The translations under genes were made by a program, and so were the position numbers. Positions 23,666 to 34,184 of a stretch of 64,000 nt of DNA are shown in pieces; position 1 is the first letter of the stretch, and each line of letters opens with the position of its first letter. The notes beneath the pieces are model-generated. The model was not told where the DNA came from. It searched no databases and worked only from the letters and a program-made list of their open reading frames with translations. Origin of the DNA: Narcine bancroftii (lineage: Eukaryota); NCBI RefSeq assembly GCF_036971445.1, contig NC_091477.1, positions 119,908,001-119,972,000 on the forward strand, given 5' to 3'.

Positions 23666-26495
23666 GTCAGTTTAGTGAACAGGGGGAGGTGATCATCATT
23701 TCCTCTGTAATTGAAAACTAATTTGAAATCGTCTCCTTCCCCGTGCAGTTTCCACCTAAAAAAATTAACCCGGATTCTCTCTCCCCAGACAGCGCCTGAC
23801 AAACTGAACATTTTCTGTATTTGATATGGAATCTGTCAGCGTGAGACGGAAGGGTGTAACGCTACCTATGGCAGAAAGAAGATCAATGGCCGTATAAATG
23901 CTTGGTGCTATGTAAAAGTACATGTCTAAATTTAGTGTCCACTATTTTATCATTCTGAGTAGAAATTGATCAGTATCGAATCAACTCCATTTTCTATCTT
24001 GTAGATTCCACTAAAGTCTGTGTATACCTAGCCATGATTGAGTTTGTGATGGTGATGTAAAAGAGAAAAAATGTGAAGAAATTCATCTTTAATCAAAGCG
24101 AATCTCAGCAGGGATAATCAGTTCAAACCATTGCTGAATATCGTTGTCTCTGAACTCACAGAATTAATGTCAGACTGGGAACTTAAATTCCTAATTAAAA
24201 ATCTCAAGAGTGATTTATAGTAGCGACTTGAAAGACATAACATGCTCACTTTACACGTGTTTTCTGAAAGTTTAATCATGATTACTTATCGATCACCAAT
24301 GAAAAGAGTTGTCGCAGTATCGACCCAGCATGGAAACAAATTAATGATACGAATCTATCAGATAATTTCTATTTAGATGATGGAATCCGACAGAGGGTAT
24401 TTACGATGACCATAAGGGAAACGTTTCTGGTCAGAATTTTGCAAAATTTGCTTTAGTTATTTTTTTTTGTTAACCTTGTATGAATTCAGTTTTGTGAAAT
24501 ATGTTTTTTTTTAAACATGGAACATAGAACAACAATTACAGTACCGAGCAGGCTCTTAGGCTCATGATGCTGTGCTGACCGAAATAAAGAGACTCAATAA
24601 AGCCAAACTTCACATCCATGTCCCTAGATTTTCTATCTAAGCATCTTTTAAATGTTACTATTCCTCCAGGCTCCATCACCATCGCCAATTTCAAGCACCC
24701 ACAATTCTCTGTAAAACACTTAACCCTGGGATTTCCCCTAAACTTTCCACCCCTCATCTTACAGCCATGCCCTCTGGTGCTTGTTACTCTCGCCTGGAAA
24801 AACAAAGAGCTAGGGGTCCGCCCAATCTATGCCTCTCCTAGTTTTGAATTCATCTGAACGCAGAAAACTGCACATTTTAAAGATCAGCATTGCAGAAATG
24901 CGTCACCAGGTGGCAGGAGTTCGAAAGCCAAACTTTGGATTGAGCTATAAAGCGAACAAGGGTTAGATTCTGATAACAATTTCTATATCCTGAATAAAAA
25001 GATATCTGAGAAAAACAACCAGTACATTCGGCCCACTTAGAACTCTTAGCCTCTCTTCTGCCGTTCTGCGAAGCGGTCGTTTAATGAAACCGTTAACTCC
25101 GTTTCTCTGTCATCAAATAATGAATGCTGTTATCGTCTGGAATTGACCAGCCTAAATTTCATTTTTTATTTTAATGAGTTTAAACATATATTTTCCATTT
25201 AGTCTGGTTTTAATGAAACATTAACGAGCACAAAATTCCACCAACCGTGTATGTGTAGCCAGAGAGGAACACAATATTTGTGACCTGCTTATACAAATTG
25301 AATCCTTGTAGCCGGTTTAGGTGTCCAAGACTAGAGGGTAGGGGTTTAAGTTGATAGGTTTAAGATGAGAGAATAAAGATCTAGAAAAGACTGGAGGATT
25401 AACTTTTCAGAGGTGCCAGGGAAAGGCATCGGGTGGGGTACAATTGTGACATTAAAAGACAGTTGGACAGGTACATGGATAGGAAACGTTCGGAGGGACA
25501 TTGGCCAAACGCAAGCAAATGGGCCAAACACATAGGCGCATCTTGGTCAGACCTGTGGCTCCACGGGCCTGTGTCCACGCTATACACTCCATGACAAAAT
25601 GATTCTTTCCATAGTTCTGAAGCAGGAATCTCTTTCGACTGGTCTCATTTCTCACGACTCTGCCGTCAATGTCCTGGTCCAATTCGTTGGATACAGTGTC
25701 CCAGGTAGATCAATTTCCTTGAACGCACCGCATTCCCGATGTGTAAAAAACTCTCAGCTTTTTCTTTGTCAATGTTAGTCTTTCCAATCGTTTCCAGAGC
25801 TACATTTCTTCTGGTGGACACAACACCGAAAAATGAAGCTGAAGCTGAAAAGACCAGGCATGAATGCAGTGCCACCTATAGGAAGTCCACCGTGAGTAGG
25901 ATCTACACGATAAAGGGTGGGGGAATTGGCAAGTGCTGTAGATCAGAGCGATTTGAGATTAGAGGAGCATAGTACCTTGAACGTGGTGTCGCAAGTAATT
26001 AGGTTGGACAGCAAGGTTTTTTATAGCACATTCACCTTCATCAGCACAGTATTGAGTTAGAATTTGGGAGGTAATTTTGCAGTTGCATAATATGTGGGCG
26101 AGGTCCCCCATTTGGAACATTGTGTTCAATTTTGGTCAATGTTGTCAAACTGGAGAAGGTGCAGAGCATAGTTACGAAGGCAGTGTAAGAACTCGTGGCC
26201 TTGTGTAAAAGGGAGACGCTGAGAAGGCTGGAGCTTTCTTCCTTCGAGCGCTGGAGAATGAAGGTTGATCTCATAGAGCTATACAAATTCATGACAGGAA
26301 TAGATCACATGAACACAACTTTGTGTTTTCTCTATTTTCCAGGGCTTCTGTTCGGCCTCTTTATTCCTATGAATCATTCAGTTCCCCATCAGCCTGAATC
26401 ATAAATTGATCATAAATGTTTTCTTAAAAGAAAATCATTGCAGAGAACTAATCGGCATGTAGTAGAACTCATCTGTGAATGTTTCTGCTCTGCAG

Positions 26496-26787
26496 TTTTG
26501 AATTCCGGTCCTTCCGCTTCATACAGGCCATGATATTTGCCATTGAAGAGATAAACAGCAACCCGGAGCTCCTTCCAAATATCACACTGGGTTACAGGAT
26601 TTATGATTCGTGCAATCTGCCTCGCTTCTCGGTGAAAGCGGCTTTCGAACTGGCAAATGGACGAGAGACAACATTTCCGCAACATTCTTGCCCCGCGGCC
26701 TCATTAGTCCCGGCCATGGTAGCGGAATCGGGGTCGTCGACTTCCCTGGCAGTCGCGGCCTCTATAGCCCCCTTCAAAGTCCCCATG
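26496..26787 (+). CDS. V2R/OlfC gene B, exon 2
   Basis: FEFRSFRFIQAMIFAIEEINSNPELLPNITLGYRIYDSC...AESGSSTS...FKVPM; tgcag / gtaaga; 292 nt. Confidence 0.97.
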
Positions 26788-27563
26788 GTAAGAGATCGCA
26801 AGCAAATATAATTGACACTTTAGTTTATTTTTAATACTTTCATTTCCTAAATAGTCAAACTGATTAATGGACGTACGCTTTTTCAATCAATTTTAAAATT
26901 GCGGACAGAAGATGCAAGACTGCAGATACGGGAATCTGCCACAAAACAGAAAGCTCATGGGGAGAAACGACGGATCCAGCACCATCCAAGGTCCCGCAGA
27001 AATTTAGTTTTCTGCATAAATTCCGTGGCCCCGATTACAACCGGGAGCGCTCTGGTTCCTTCTGCTTGAATACATGAGGCTATTTTCCATTAATTTCATT
27101 GCAAGATATTAGTTTTCTCGCTGCCACATGATTCAAATGACTATTGTTTCTTTCGTTGTACGATGGTCAACACATTTGCAGAGTTACTTCCAAACGTAAG
27201 GAGTTCATTCGGCCCATAATTCACGTGACAGCTGCCGTCGCTCCCCTACCCCATTCCATCATTTTCCTGCATTTCTACAAGGCATTGACTCCCTCATATT
27301 TCCTCAACTCCCCTTAGACTCTTCCGTCATTTAAAGTGGTCATTTATAATGACAATTTAAACCACAACCCGTTGTAGGAATGGGGAGGCGGGTGGGGAAC
27401 TTGAGATATTTGCGTTATTCTAAGTTGAGAAAAGGTAGAGAGGGTACTTGCCTTAATCGGTCATGGCAGCAAGCACACGAAATCAGATGTCATGTTACCG
27501 CTGTGTAGGTGGTAAATGAAATACTGATCTAGTTCCGAACTAGGGTTAGGGTTAGGGTGATGT

Positions 27564-27750
27564 CTTCTTTGGCTTGGCTTCGCGGACGAAGATTTATGGA
27601 GGGGGTAAATGTCCACGTCAGCTGCAGGCTCGTTTGTGGCTGACAAGTCCGATGTGGGACAGGCAGACACGGTTGCAGCGGTTGCAGGGGAAAATTGGTG
27701 GGTTGGGGTTGGGGGTTGGGTTTTTCCTCCTTTGCCTTTTGTCAGTGAGG
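27564..27750 (-). mobile_element. RTE-clade LINE, 5'-truncated
   Basis: Near-identical to the copies at 41903 and 57135; flanked by the direct repeat ggtgatgt (27556-27563, 27749-27756). Confidence 0.85.
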
Positions 27751-29517
27751 TGATGTAATTAAGTTGGAAAGATGCAGAAGATTTTACAGGAACCCTGGAA
27801 TATTGAGCTGATCCTCCTCCACGGCCCCCGTACCTCAACCAAGTTTCACTAATGGCCACAATTCCAAGTGCCTATCCACGGTCTAAGGTCGCCTGCGTTT
27901 CCTTCAATACTCCGTACATTAAAATAAACACACCTCAGAACATTATTCGCACCACGCGCAATCTTTTCATTCCTGGCTTTGTTTGCAATCTTAAAACTTT
28001 TTTTTCCACTCCCGCTCCACTATCTGCTCTGGCACTCTAGCTCTCATCTCTCTGTAAATTTAGTTTAATCCCTTCTTACTCCGCCCCCCACCGCCCCCTC
28101 TCTCCCCACCGGGACCACCATAACCAAATCTTTCCGTAAATATATTGTAAGGAGAGATAGTGTAGGCAGGGAATAGTTCATGGGTCTGAGAGGTGAACTA
28201 TAGAAGTTTATAGACCAAGAAGAATATCGATCAACTTGATGGTCACAATCTTTTCTCCAGGGTTGGGGAGTGCAAAACTAGCCCATCTGGGATATAATTT
28301 AGGAGGGAAAATTTAAGGGGGCCGTCAGGTGGAACGTTTTTGCACAGAGCGTGTGAAGAAGGAGATGGAGGAGGCGGACACAATGACATAAGGGGCAACA
28401 TCTTCATCCAAAAAGTGGTCAGAGGGTGCAATGAGTTACCAGATGAATTGATCAATGGAGGCTTCAGTTTTACAGTTAAGAAAAATATGGAGATGGACAT
28501 GGGTAGAAGGGGTCAGGTGGGCTATGTTCCGGGTGCAGGTTCTTCAGACTAGCACAATAAGCACAGACTAGATGGGCCGATGAACTTGCTTCTTTGACGT
28601 CGTTCATCAGATATTTGGACAGGTTCACGAGTAGGAACGGTATAAAGGTTTTGGGGCCAAATGGGGGGACATTAGACAAGCAAATGTCGACGACGTCGTC
28701 AGCATTGAGAAGATGAGACAGAGGGACGCGTTCTCATTGCTTTGCTACTGTACATTTCTGAATGTAGATGGAGTCCATTCCTCACGCTGTGTATGATCTT
28801 GCATTTAAAAATATAATCGAAGGATCCTGCTGCCTTGCAAACACTTGCGTTTTGCAACACGTTCATTTGTCTACACTCGGAGGACGATGTCCATACCTAT
28901 TCAACCAGGAAGGAATTTATGAAGCAAGAAGTGGTCCAAAACATATTTTCAAAAGATTTTCAGAGGACGGGAGGGCTTGATTCTCAAGGGGTGGCTGAAT
29001 AAATTGGGTCGAGTTTTCCCTGGAAGGTAGGAGGCTAAAGAGCGAGCATAAAAAAATGGGAAAAAAATCACGAGCAGCGTAAATAAAGTGAATCGTTCGC
29101 CGCCTTTTCCTCGGTGAAAGTGAGAAGGCAAAAATGTAACGGTTTTTAAGTGGGAGGGGTAAAATATAAAAGCATTTACCAAGAGAGATAAATCTCCAGA
29201 CACAGCGTGTGAACAATATGGAAGGAAGTGACGGGCAAACAGGGAACGTGGGCACCATTGCAACATTAAAAAGAGAGGCAAATCTCCACACAGACCGAAT
29301 AACATATCAGGGAAGCTGTGAATGTGGGTAGATTTGCAGCAATAAAAAAATGACACGAAGTCAAATTTGGATAGGAAATGGTTGAAGGAATATGAGCTGA
29401 AGGCAGGAAAATGAGACAGGATCGGATGGACAACCCGTCTCTCCGAGCGCTCTGGGCGCAAGAGTCTGTTCCTGTGCTGTATCTGATGACATGTTTTCAT
29501 TGTGTTTGCTTTCGCAG

Positions 29518-30354
29518 GTGAGCTATTTCGCCACGTGCTCATGCCTCAGCAACAGGCGAGAATTTTCTTCCTTCTTCAGAACGATTCCAAGTGATTACTT
29601 CCAAGCAAAAGCGTTGGCTCAGCTTGTCAAGAGATTTGGATGGACCTGGATTGGGACTGTTAGAAGCGATAATGATTACGGTAACTTTGGGATGCAGGCG
29701 TTCACAGAAACTATTGAGCACCTTGGAATTTGCATTGCCTTCTCCGAATCCTTCTACAGGACGTATTCGAGGGAACGGTTACTTCACGTTATCCACGTTA
29801 TACGGACATCCTCCACGAAAATAGTTGTCGCCTTTCTCGCTCAAAGCGACATGGCCATCCTATTGGAAGAAATTGCTCAACAAAACATCTCTGACATCCA
29901 GTGGGTGGGCAGTGAGGCGTGGATCGCCACTACGCTTCTCCCTCCCGAGGAGAACAAACGGTTCATTACAGGGGCCATCGGCATCGCCGTGCGTCAAGTG
30001 AATATCCCTGAATTCGAGGGTTTTTTAACCCGTGTTCATCCATCCGCTTATCCCGGTAATATTTTGGTGGAAGAATTTTGGGAAAAGACCTTTGGCTGTC
30101 GTCTGAAAAGGATGGACAACAGCCCAGGGAGCATAACTTCGGCTATTCAGCCTCCTCAATGCACCGGAAAGGAGAATCTACAAACTGTGTCCAACACCTA
30201 CACGGACGCATCTCAGCTGAGGGTGACCAACAAAGTCTATGAGGCGACTTACGCCATAGCCCATGCGCTTCACAATATGTTCACTTGTGAAAGCGGCACA
30301 GGCCCGTTTGCCAATCGATCTTGCGCCAACACTACACATTTCCAGCCGTGGCAG
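29518..30354 (+). CDS. V2R/OlfC gene B, exon 3
   Basis: [11 protein letters not shown]...[11 protein letters not shown]...SDNDYG...VGSEAW...FQPWQ; cgcag / gtaggt; 837 nt. Confidence 0.97.
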
Positions 30355-30471
30355 GTAGGTGACTGACTAACTCTGACCAATAGGTCCAGTCCAGTCCGTT
30401 TTTTAATGTTGTCCTTTCAAAGCTCTGGGTGAGTGATGCCATTTTCATTTCTCCGTGTCTCTTTACTGAAG

Positions 30472-30699
30472 GTTTTGCATTACCTGCAATCGATAGATTT
30501 CACAACTAAAGTCGGGGAGAGGGTACATTTCGACGAAAACGGCGACTCCGTGCCGACCTACGACATTGTCAACTGGCAGCTGAATGACGAGGGGAACGCG
30601 GTTGTTTTGATCGTTGGACGTTATGACGGATCCGCATCTCCTGAAGAACAGGTCACCATAAATGACGGATCGATTGTTTGGAGCGGCGGTGGCAGCGAG
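30472..30699 (+). CDS. V2R/OlfC gene B, exon 4
   Basis: VLHYLQSIDF...FDENGDSVPTYDIVNWQ...; gaag / gtaacg; 228 nt. Confidence 0.96.
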
Positions 30700-31954
30700 G
30701 TAACGAGTCTTAGCCAACAGCTCTATTTTTAACAATTTTGAAGATTCCTGACTACTGAACTGTCTATTCCTTCCTGTAACGAACCAAATGTATTTTGAGA
30801 TACTATTTATCAGTTAACCTGCTCTATTCAATTTCAACATGAAATTCGGCGTCATTTATTTCCCCCTGCGCCTTGTCCTTTCATAATAAAAAATCTGGGG
30901 AAAAAAGGAAATATTCGAGTTACCTCTATTTCACTGATGCAGAGAATTCGAATTACTCCTTGCCGGAGGGGGGGGGGCGGAATTGTCCCTGGTTATCTTC
31001 TAAAACGGCTTAAATCATATGATAGATGTTATCACGTCTTCATACTCTAGATTCTGTCACGGACAAAACGATTTTATTTTTGTAGAACAATTCAGTTATC
31101 GGTCTTGGACCATGGAATGGGGGGGAGGGGGACGACACAAAAGTGTTAACCGATTCAAGGACAATTTTAGGGAATGTGCAATGAAAGCGAGTACCGTTCA
31201 GAAGTTCTTGGACATGTACATGAATGTACAGTATGAATGAGTTGAGGATAGCCTTAAACGACATTTCGGCCCAGACCGAATAACAAGGTGGCGGAAGGGC
31301 GTTTTCCTGAGGTGTACTGTTCTCTGCTTCGTACCATAAGAAAACTCCATCGCGTTTTGACGGCGCAGCGACGTCGAGGTAAAGAATTATATATATATCC
31401 TCAAAATGAAACAGACATTAGCACAGTGCGATTAAAAATGTTATTCATACTGAGGTAACTTTCCTTTTTCTGTGTCTCCTTATGGAAGGTTTTGCATTAC
31501 CTGCAATCGGTGTCCAAAGGCAACCACCAGTGCGTGTCAAGGTAGAACATGGACTCTGTCATTCATATAAAATGCAGAGGAGTGTGTCAGCAGTGAGACA
31601 TCTGATTATACAAAGATCACTGGGAGTAGTTAAACAAGAAATAGACAAGTATCTCATTAGTGGGGGCATTAAGAGATATGGGGGAAAGGCCGGAAATTGG
31701 AACTTAGTGTAGATTTACGGAACAGACTCGATGGGCCGAGTGGCCTGGTTCTGTTCCTTTGTCATGTGATCTTGTAGAACAGTTATGGCAACGGCTGATT
31801 GGCGTTTGTCCATCCGCCGGGAAGTCCATAACAAGCGTGTTCGGGGAGATCTGCAAAGCAAAGGCTTTTCAAAGCAACCAAGTTATGGAAATTCCCTGCA
31901 ATATTACTTTGAAGAAAAAAACGACATTAATATGTCCTCGTTCTTTTCCACGAG

Positions 31955-32078
31955 GTCCCTCGGGCAGTTTGCTCCAACAGTTGTCCACCGGGAACAAGAA
32001 AGGCATCTCGCAAGGGGCAACCCATTTGTTGCTTTGATTGCCTCCCCTGCGCCGAGGGCGAGATCAGTAACACCACGG
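31955..32078 (+). CDS. V2R/OlfC gene B, exon 5 (cysteine-rich domain)
   Basis: [41 protein letters not shown], read by hand because this frame is not in the ORF track; cgag / gtaggt; 124 nt. Confidence 0.95.
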
Positions 32079-32146
32079 GTAGGTACGAACCGTGTTCCTC
32101 TCCGATGTTTTCGGTAGCTCACGACCCTTCCTCCTTTATTTATTTC

Positions 32147-32381
32147 ATTTTTAAAAATTAGACATAGAGCACGGTTACAGGCCATTACGGCCCAACGAAT
32201 CTACAGCCAATTAACCTACATCCCCAGTACGTTTTGAACGCTGGGAGAAAACCAGAGCCATGGGGGGAAACCCCATGCAGAAACGGAGAAAAAGTGCAAC
32301 CCCCTCACAGAGAGCGCGGGATTCGAACCCATAGCCCGATCGCTGGCGCTGGAAAGCTTTGGCGTTAACCACTGCACCAAC
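32147..32381 (-). mobile_element. tRNA-derived V-SINE copy
   Basis: Reverse complement of the 196-455 family; B-box seen as gggattcgaaccc on the plus strand. Confidence 0.7.
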
Positions 32382-33051
32382 CTTTCCCCGAGCAACGGCT
32401 ACCAGATTTCCTCCCCTTTCAATTTCTCCTATCACCATTTTATTTTGCCATTAATGTTTTTTTCCTTAGTTCTGAGGAAGAGTCCAAGCTGGAAACTTTG
32501 CTGTCCCTTTACTTCCCATTGTGAGTGACATTTGTTTTGAGCCCAGAGGACGCAGAGGACCCCAAAACTCAACAGCAATAGAAATTCACCAAGACAAATG
32601 GTCTAATCTCACTTCTCACTCCTCCAAGTTCACTGGTTGCAGGCAATTCTTAGACTGTGTGCAGAATTTAACATTTATGAAGTTCACCAGGCTCCGGTGC
32701 TTGAAAGGTAAATGGTTACCACTCAGGAAGGTTCTTGTCCGTTTTCAGAGAGAGGTATGTTGCTCCTTAGACACGCACAACTCACTCATTGTAATCAGCC
32801 ACTTCAGTGTCTTGCGAATTGAATAGGATGGAATAAGAACTTACAACCTGTCTTCAAAATGGTTTTTTTTTTCCACAAGTTTGCCAGCTTGTCCTGTTCT
32901 AGTCCCAGTTGGCTGCTGTACCTGCAGAACTGAAAGATAGCTTTTATTTTCCAAATTCAATCTGTCTCTTGGGCCTCGTAATAGATATTCTTTCTTTCAG
33001 ATCTTAGCAGGCGTCCTTTCATTAAATTGAATTTCCTTTTCTTCCATCGAG

Positions 33052-33956
33052 ATTCCATTGGCTGCATGAGATGCCCCGACGATTCCTGGTCCAATTCGCG
33101 GCAGGATCAATGCATTCCAAAGCAGATTGACTTCCTTTCATTTACGGAGGTTATGGGGATCGTTCTGACCACGTTGGCCTTGGTCGGATTTGGCACCGCT
33201 GCTATACTAGGTGCTATTTTTTTACTTTACAAAGACACTCCGATCGTCAAAGCCAACAATTCGGAACTCAGCTTCCTCCTTATCGTCGCCCTGGCCCTTT
33301 GCTTCCTCTGTTCAATTGCATTCATTGGTGAACCCACTGCATGGTCTTGCATGTTGCGCCACACATTGTTCGGTATCAGTTTTGTCCTCTGCCTTTCCTG
33401 TGTTTTGGGAAAAACTATTGTTGTGGTCCTGGCATTTCAGGCAAAGCTCCCCAGCGACAACGTGACCAGATGGTTTGGTCCTGTTCAACAACGTCTGACT
33501 GTCTGTCTTCTTACTCTAGTACAGTGCTTGATATGCACCGTCTGGCTGATCAAATCACCGCCCCTTCCTGTCAAAAACATGGAATTATTTAAAGATGTGA
33601 CCCTCCTGGAATGTGACGTAGGATCTGATGTTGCATTTTATTGTGTCCTCGGTTACATTGCCTGTCTGTCATTGGTTAGCGTTATGGTCGCATTTCTAGC
33701 GCGAAATTTGCCGGATAATTTCAACGAGGCCAAATACATCACATTCAGTATGCTCATATTCTGCGCCGTCTGGATATCTTTCTTTCCAGCCTATATCAGT
33801 TCTCCCGGGAAATTCACCGTGGCCGTGGAAGTCTTCGCTATCTTGGCGTCCAGTTTTGGTTTGCTTTTCTGTATTTTTGCCCCGAAATGTTACATCATAT
33901 TGTTCAAGCCGGAGAGAAATACAAAGAAACATTTAATGGGTAAAGTGGCTTCCTAA
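33052..33956 (+). CDS. V2R/OlfC gene B, exon 6 (7TM domain)
   Basis: DSIGC...[13 protein letters not shown]...[21 protein letters not shown]...[13 protein letters not shown]...VAS*; 905 nt; total CDS 2601 nt. Confidence 0.97.
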
Positions 33957-34072
33957 GAACGTTCGGTCACTTGTAAAGTCGTTTTTTTAGTCATTTTGGT
34001 GTCATTATTCAAAGTCAATGCCCTCGATTATATTATCAATGGACTTTAAATGTTTTCCAGTTTTTGCTGAAC

Positions 34073-34078
34073 AATAAA
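34073..34078 (+). terminator. Candidate polyadenylation signal of gene B
   Basis: First AATAAA, about 117 nt after the stop codon. Confidence 0.45.
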
Positions 34079-34184
34079 TATTTTCATTCAGTCCCACTGT
34101 TGATACATCGTTTATTTATGAATGGTGCAGAAATTATTATGAGATAATAATATTCCCAAATACTGACTGGCACCTGTTTACTGC

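Noticed and set aside
33211-33932. Overlapping and antisense ORFs repeated in B and C exon 6
   Set aside because: They recur only because the underlying DNA is near-identical through conversion, so they are not independent evidence.
23451-33956. Calling these genes CASR or GPRC6A
   Set aside because: Tandem multicopy arrangement, very short C-tail and OlfC-type motifs ([17 protein letters not shown]) fit V2R/OlfC. Specific orthology cannot be assigned without a tree, so no symbols are given.
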